Assembly (NCBI GenBank): GCA_945883425.1
Contig: CAMCXM010000003.1
Coordinates: 1,945 to 65,944 of the forward strand
DNA length: 64,000 nt
Source of the DNA: Spirosoma fluviale
GTDB taxonomy: Bacteria; Bacteroidota; Bacteroidia; Cytophagales; Flexibacteraceae
Direction: 5' to 3'
In this document: positions 63,301-64,000 of the stretch, in pieces
How the letters are laid out: every line of letters begins with the position of its first letter
Numbering within the stretch: the first letter of the stretch is position 1
Translations under genes and position numbers: made by a program
The notes under the pieces: model-generated
Seen by the model: the letters and a program-made list of their open reading frames with translations, nothing else
Told to the model about the DNA's origin: nothing
The model's database searches: none

Positions 63301-64000
63301 CAAGTGCCAGTCATTATGAGGCGGCGACAATATCAGGCTGGACCTGTGGTTGGAAAACCAACTTTTGGTGAAATATCGACTTTTCTCGGAATTAATTCGC
63401 CGGGTATGGTTTTGCAATCCTCGAGTTTACCTTGTCAAGATTTTACTAATTATGTTTATGGATATTATTGTGGTGGAAATGGAGTTTGGCAGAAAAGTGG
63501 AGTTTTATTTTCATATATAGGAAGAAGTTGTGCGGGAGGAGGAGGAGGAGGCAGTAGTCTTTGTTGGAGTTGCATTGGAGGTGGAATTAGCTATCCGCCT
63601 TGTGCATTCTGCCCCGAGCCACCCCCCGGCGGTAATGGAACAACTCCCCCTCCTGTTGAAACTGAAAAGAAAAATTGTGCTCAATGCATTAATGAATTAA
63701 CTCAATCGATAGCCAGTTGTTTAGGAGTTAATAATCCAATTACTGAGGTCCCTTTAGTATGTGCAGCCAACGAAATTATTAGTGGGAATCCATCAGTCAA
63801 AAGTTTTAAATCTTGTCTTGCTGAATCTTATATAGAGAAAGTTATAGAAAACAAGGATGTCCAAATTCTGGCTTTTGGGAAGGCTTTACCAATTATATCT
63901 CAGGTTTTGTGCGTGAGAGGTCTTTGGAATGCACTTTCTACTTGTAAAAGTTCATCTGAAAATCAATCGAGAAATGGTTCTGGGAATAGTGTAAACTCAG
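48358..64000 (+). CDS. giant secreted multi-propeller FG-GAP/IPT surface protein (partial, 3' end beyond window)
   Basis: It is not in the supplied ORF track. Frame 1 opens after TAA 48244-48246, and the first ATG is at 48358 (MRALSHCLISFAVVLNLQAAV). My hand translation was continuous over 48358-50900 and 63361-64000 and spot-checked at about 10 further points out to 64000, and showed no stop. The track also lists no frame-1 ORF in this interval. Confidence 0.9.
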   Translation, partial: MRALSHCLISFAVVLNLQAAVRTASKDARNSTVISNFRVLADPIDVKVAGNLPFSKAIPSNHFRANNNQGKGFSALFTSGISSDKHHASNLSIESTTAPTISSFSPAAGAQGQTITLTGTNFNTTASQNIVFFGATKATVTTATATSLTVTVPAGATYGPVTVLNTATLLSGASTAFFTPVFTPAKSGFTSCDLAAKVDFAAGSYPLTIALGDLDGDGKTDLAVANAYANTVSVFRNTSSSGTINTFSFSAKVDFYSGSAPGAVAIADLNADGKPELVVANQSSNTASVFQNNSSPGSISTSSFGSAINFSTGANPYSIAVGDLDGDGKNDLVVTNLNAASISTFRNVSTTTSLSSSSFSPKVDFSVGTSPYSVDLGDLDGDGKADLVVANINSNTVSVLRNTTTTGAFTSSSFAPKVDFATGPSPNWISVADVDGDGKVDFATTNVSGSSVSVFRNTSSAGSISSSSFATKVDFLTESNPSAVEFADMDGDGKTDMVVSNGQNNTLSVFRNTAENGNIGSSSFSGRVDFNTGSLPRSLAAGDLDGDGKPDLVSTNSNSNTISVFRNTDIPSSPIPVISSFSPASGCAYQTTITISGSNFSDVTGVSIGGVPVNSFTINSDNQITAIAAGISGPVAAIRNCRTYAASQSFTVSNCAPQITSFSPSSAKPGETVVISGSGFSATAAQNILFFGSVRSVATSATSTSITVTVPAGATYTPIRVLNSANALSGSSASYFTPVFIPVKTGFSACDFSPKTDFTSGNGNGTGSVAIGDLDGDGKADMVVANNNNNTVSVFRNTSTTGSITSGSFGSKVDFSTVSAPKAVTIGDLDGDGKPELIVSGGNSISILRNTTLGGSINSSSFAAKVDFLAGADARSAAIGDLDGDGKPEIVVSNYGSNTISVFRNTSLSGGFTASSFQYKTEFATGSNPSFASIADLDGDQKPDVVVSNYSSNTVSVYRNTSAAGIFNSAGLATPVEFTTGTNPAMVLCGDVDGDGKTDLIVPNFSSNSMSIMRNQASSGSIHSGSFGAKADFTTGNNPSFVAITDLNGDAKPDLGILNNSSATASFFLNTSTSGSIGSGSFAERVDYSTGISGSNPSTLAFADLEGDGRPEMVFTYGQSLVSVLRNIDPAPPTIGSFSPSSGCASSAAITLTGTNLSGITSVSIGGLPANNFTVNSATQLTINASASSGQIMVSNYCGSATSTGSFEAQNCTPVVTSISPVAAKPGETMTITGSNFNASVSQNVVTFGSVRAAVSASSTGSLSVTVPSGAAYGPVSVLNSGTSLSGTSSASFIPTFTSKKDTLTTCDFLPKLDFSAGSSPSYVAIGDLDGDGKPDLAVTNQSSSTVSVFRNTSTSGAISGGSFAAKVDFTTGASPVSVAIGDLDGDGKPDLAVTNLSSNTVSVFRNTSVSGNINSSSFAARVDFATGLNPYSSVAIGDLDGDGKPDLAVANYGSNTVSVLRNTSISSTITASSFASKVDFATGNYPYAIAIGDLDGDGKADMAVTNRSSNTVSVFRNTSVSGNISASSFAGKVDFITGSSPYSVSIGDLDRDGKPDLAVANAVSSSISVYRNTASTGALNTTSFSAKVDISTGAQPYAVTIADVTGDGKPDLVSANQYNNSVSIIRNNSLPGSISTGSFAPLMVYAMGAYPKNVASCDLDGDGLPELVTANSSSNSFSVLKNKMLVPDPVISGFSPSSGCAGTSTFTLSGSNFSEISAVSIGGVPVTSFTVNSETEIVVTVDGITGPVGLTKNCRTVTSSASFTVNNCATTIASVSPLSGKAGDAIAITGTNFNTVPNQNVVFFGAVKATVTNASATSLIVNVPVGATYAPVTVLNAATRSMASARNAFNPVFSPAKTGFTSCDLQPRVDFTTGSYPYSVAIGDLDGDGKPDMAVANGSSSTISVYRNTSVPGTLTTSSFAAKVDFTTGSSPYSVAIGDLDGDGKPDLAVSNYSSNTVSIFRNTSSSGSISFATKVDFTTSSSPYSVAIGDLDGDGKSDLAVTNLSSTSVSVFRNTSVSGNINSSSFAARVDFTTGSSPYSVAIGDLEGDGKSDLAVANSGPNTVSVFRNTSVSGNINSSSFAARVDFTTGSSPRSVAIGDLDGDGKPDLVASNNNASSLSILRNTSVSGSISTSSFAPKADASTGSSPNSVAIGDLDGDGMPDLAVVSGSSQISIHRNGVPVLPTITGISPASVCGASGTITISGTNLSGVTSVRVGGTAVASYTINSDNQIAAVVTGNSGVFSVSTYCSTVSGTDTLKFTNCTPTITAFTPAAAAPGASVTLTGSNFNSQAALNVVYFGAAKATVTSATANSLTVTVPSGSTYAPITVLNTVTGLSGASLSPFIPVYSPAKTDLTSCDFKDKVDFTTGTNPYSVAFGDIDGDGKPDMAVANSNSFAVSVYRNISATGSLSSNSFASKVDLSLPSYVFSVGFSDLDGDGKLDLVVANSNYWGSSNVSVFRNIATTGNLSTASFAPRIDLGLGSYLYLYHAAAGDLDGDGKPDLAVPYQSNSGSSIIALYRNTSTSGIISFASGGTLTLANYSYPYSVAIGDLDGDNKSDLAIANQNSNSISLFRNISVSETLSTSSFATRIDFATGTNPYSLSIGDLDGDGKPELAVANRTSNTVSLFRNTAISGSLSSSSFAAKVDLPTGTNPRCVSIADLSGDGKPDLAVANETANSVSIFRNTSVSGSLSSSSFAPKLDFPTSTNPYSVAVGDLDGDGLPELATANYGANSVSVLKNIKSDSIPPQPVINSFTSEICASFTGNITINGSGFNGITSVSIGGLPVSSFIVNSPTEITATINTVVKGIIRVANYCKSAQSTDSLRVLNCSPVISAFAPAGALPGDTILVSGSNFHSTASENEVQFGAVKAIVTAASASSLSVVVPIGATHAPISVLNKTNRLSGASKSAFVPKFIPPKSDFTSSDLAPKIDFSSGTPYSVSVCDLDGDGKPDVITGNYSRLVSIFRNVSASGSLNSSSLTSKVDLTAAYNYVYDTDFSDLDGDGKQDLIAANTNEDYYNRVSAISIFRNTSSAGSISTGSFSARLDLGLSGMSLLSVAAGDLDGNGKPDLVIPYYNNGGYSYLGIYRNTSTSGSISFASRVEWILPYNSNPRNVAIGDLDGDGKADLIVANSSQNNISVFRNISNSGNLTTSSFAARVDFVTGTNPYSVAIGDLDGDGKPDLSVVNYGSNSVSVFRNVSVTGNLNSNSFASRVDFTTGSNPVSVHVGDITGDGRPDLAVANAGSASNTISVFRNATTVGNITGSSFVPASFSAGSYPNSVSIADLDGDSKADLAAVNQNSSTLSLFRNTDSQLPYIASFSPTSGCAGSANITINGANLAGATSVRIGGTNVTSFTIVSESRITATIGNGTTGLINIITPFGTAASQDTFRVNPRPSVSITPSGPTSFCSGQNVTLTASAGQSYQWTPGGQTTQAINVTQSGVYTVKVFNATGCFSSATQEVSVISTLPVVINASGPTTFCNGDSVTLTASGANSYVWSPGGQTSASIKVKTGGNYSVTGTTSSCTGTASQLVTVNTPTAPVISVSGPVSFCSGGSVTLTSSSATGNLWSNGATSQSIVVTSSGSFSVKRTDANGCLSGNSSAVTVTVSAVPTVPTISASGPLTFCQGGSVILTSSAASGNSWSNGLTSQSISVTSSGNYTVTVGSGCTSTSLATAVSVSPSTQGTFAPIAAFCAGSTAPVLPLTSNNGISGTWNPQTVSNTASGNYVFTPTSGSCIVNTTLPVSVIQNVTPSFGTLGPIAYGTTAPSLPATSLNGISGTWNPATVSNTQTRDYTFIPNHGQCANPVTITIVVNNYPDLAVQNVSSPLSDKSPGDVVTVSWTIANTGSAQSFTNWTERIYLQTPTGQNRTQIKQSVYTTSDVIAPGQSISRTDNITLPPQITVGDQAVFVVEILPGNTITEAPGTSSNNTGVQSSAWNIRKTFTIQLTSTQITEGSSTGVSVTVSRSGSVVGTQSFDIALNPSNRFSFPSTLTFQAGQVSRTFTLLATDNALIEGNIAATLSASASGFQTATANITIIEDDKPSLSITGLPDTTGEGVVLNFTVQTNLAPVSPLTVYLTSNNNTRFPVPASVTIPAGQLSANGSINLVQDNTPELNVNVSLTAGAANHNSATKVLHLTDDDIPGIELVFQTKTVSESQGFYATQATIRRVAGGNPIAFSVNLSASLSNTLILPSSIPLAANELSKTFTVGVVDDGQVNGARNVTVSAALYVSSCGCSAPNTTAGYFQDTLRVLDNDGPTLTLSMPVLTLGEGQSNAGLLRITRNTPTGAPLVVNLLSSNTGEAMVPTSATIPAGSAYIDVSVTTINDNITDGSKQVNLTASSNGFSSGSLWVIVTDINKPDLVLQNVNISSASVEAKTIFTYGFRVSNSGFAHNPAGVRVKGYLSKDNILDASDSLLSNDQISQPVLTNEPYDFVNAIQAPNRPGQYKIIFQVNLDAEFSELSYDNNTSAGQSLQITPEYDATAAVDSLWYLRGTAIDIRGTATKTNGSPAGDVPVDIYIISNGLRRTFSARTDQQGRYQYRFQPLSSEVGSYTAGACFPGYAASETDDAFDILGVRINNGTFPQFKITFGDTLKGKLLVTNLSGYTIRNVGLSPDILPQGANFQFGLIPQLSPQGSDSIWFRAWGSSLSSGNIFLPTSFQVTCSKGNLQKQDAYYFCQARQAYIAASLNRMDVRISSSVGQKIVQFRLTNSGQGNSGQISVNLPQSNWLSSVSPVTIPNLGPGDTASVILRFAAIAEVPFGYPLNGTIGIQTANGNSFSIPFTFEKVSQTSGVVAIEATNQFTFFADGAPKVAGAQVTIKNYYTGQVYGQGTTDSSGKFYATGVPEGVHRLTVEKERHQTFSGNIEINPGDTVSRSVFLNYQAITFNWNVEPTAIEDQYDITLNTTFETNIPMPVVVLDMPKTMPDLQGDQEYAFMVTFTNHGLITAKDLALNLPQSDPEYEFVTNYTPSDLLALQSIQVPVIMRRRQYQAGPVVGKPTFGEISTFLGINSPGMVLQSSSLPCQDFTNYVYGYYCGGNGVWQKSGVLFSYIGRSCAGGGGGGSSLCWSCIGGGISYPPCAFCPEPPPGGNGTTPPPVETEKKNCAQCINELTQSIASCLGVNNPITEVPLVCAANEIISGNPSVKSFKSCLAESYIEKVIENKDVQILAFGKALPIISQVLCVRGLWNALSTCKSSSENQSRNGSGNSVNS
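48652..50325 (+). repeat. super-module 1 (IPT-like, 7 FG-GAP blades, IPT-like), 1674 nt
   Basis: The anchor APTISSFSP is at 48649. There are seven D.DGDGK.D-type loops (e.g. LGDLDGDGKTDLAVAN). The second IPT-like domain starts with PVISSFSPASGC. Confidence 0.85.
50326..51996 (+). repeat. super-module 2, 1671 nt, 7 blades
   Basis: The anchor NCAPQITSFSP has its Pro codon at 50326. Seven Ca-loop blades were counted by eye. Confidence 0.85.
51997..53667 (+). repeat. super-module 3, 1671 nt, 7 blades
   Basis: The anchor NCTPVVTSISP has its Pro codon at 51997. There are seven blades, most reading IGDLDGDGKPDLAV(T/A)N. Confidence 0.85.
53668..55155 (+). repeat. super-module 4, 1488 nt, only 6 blades
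   Basis: The anchor is NNCATTIASVSP. Six Ca-loop blades were counted. It is 183 nt shorter than modules 2 and 3. Confidence 0.8.
55156..56856 (+). repeat. super-module 5, 1701 nt, 7 blades
   Basis: The anchor NCTPTITAFTP has its Pro codon at 55156. There are seven blades, two with longer insertions. Confidence 0.85.
56857..58545 (+). repeat. super-module 6, ~1689 nt, 7 blades
   Basis: The anchor NCSPVISAFAP has its Pro codon at 56857. There are seven blades, and the module ends at ...FRVN before PRPSVS. Confidence 0.85.
58546..59400 (+). other. four ~70-80-aa Cys-containing Ig-like repeats within the giant ORF
   Basis: The pattern SGP.(S/T)FC.G.SVTLT(A/S)S......W(S/T).G.T(S/T)..I.V...G.Y.V......C recurs four times. 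Confidence 0.7.
59809..61790 (+). other. CARDB-like domain, four Calx-beta-like repeats, then a second CARDB-like domain within the giant ORF
   Basis: PDLAVQNVSSP...GDVVTVSWTIANTG (59809-~60180) is CARDB-like. Four ~100-115-aa units ending in ..(E/D)DD.P / LDNDGP / TDINKP (60181-61440) are Calx-beta-like. PDLVLQNVNIS...FRVSNSG...YDNN (61441-~61790) is CARDB-like. These are motif-level calls only. Confidence 0.6.

Noticed and set aside
1-64000. A search by eye of all intergenic regions longer than 90 nt for tRNA, rRNA, riboswitch-like structured RNAs, IS elements, integrases and CRISPR arrays.
   Set aside because: I recognised no cloverleaf-like segments, no rRNA-like conserved blocks, no terminal inverted repeats flanking transposase-like ORFs, and no recombinase genes. 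A covariance-model scan (tRNAscan/Infernal-type) would be needed to exclude small RNAs.

Overview
The window looks like a Bacteroidota chromosomal segment. Evidence: type-A and type-B T9SS C-terminal sorting domains, a PorP/SprF gene, and TAnnTTTG -7 boxes.

**1-38.9 kb: mostly housekeeping genes.** These are dnaX, rpiB, Glu dehydrogenase, a LysM lytic transglycosylase, folK, tsaB, an S41 protease, hmgA, nadK, UDP-Glc dehydrogenase plus UDP-GlcA decarboxylase, ppa, an M1 peptidase, pheT and an MsbA-like ABC exporter. A T9SS cassette sits inside this stretch: a ~2270-aa type-B-CTD adhesin, PorP/SprF, and an OmpA/TolB-like protein.

**38.9-48.4 kb: a visibly AT-richer accessory stretch.**
- A DUF433/DUF5615 toxin-antitoxin pair, with the toxin N-terminus split by a 1-nt shift in an A-run.
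- An orphan XRE regulator whose promoter sits between 17-bp perfect inverted repeats.
- About 600 gene-less bp holding three phased 18-bp direct repeats.
- A type-A-CTD Ig-repeat protein.
- A secreted protein with two caspase-like domains (one lacking the catalytic Cys, one intact) plus TPRs.
- A LuxR-type solo regulator on an AT-rich islet.

**48358 to the window end: one unterminated frame-1 ORF of more than 5,210 codons.** It is absent from the supplied ORF track, probably because it has no stop in the window. It encodes a signal peptide, then six tandem ~557-aa super-modules. Each super-module is an IPT/TIG-like domain, a 7-blade FG-GAP Ca-loop propeller, and a second IPT-like domain, giving 41 blades in total. 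After these come Ig-like repeats, CARDB-like and Calx-beta-like domains, and a low-GC Cys/Gly/Pro-rich segment that runs off the edge.

This giant gene and its neighbours (LuxR solo, caspase-TPR, CTD protein) are my best candidate for an undescribed system. The functional link between them is inference only.

No rRNA, tRNA, CRISPR array, transposase or integrase was recognised.
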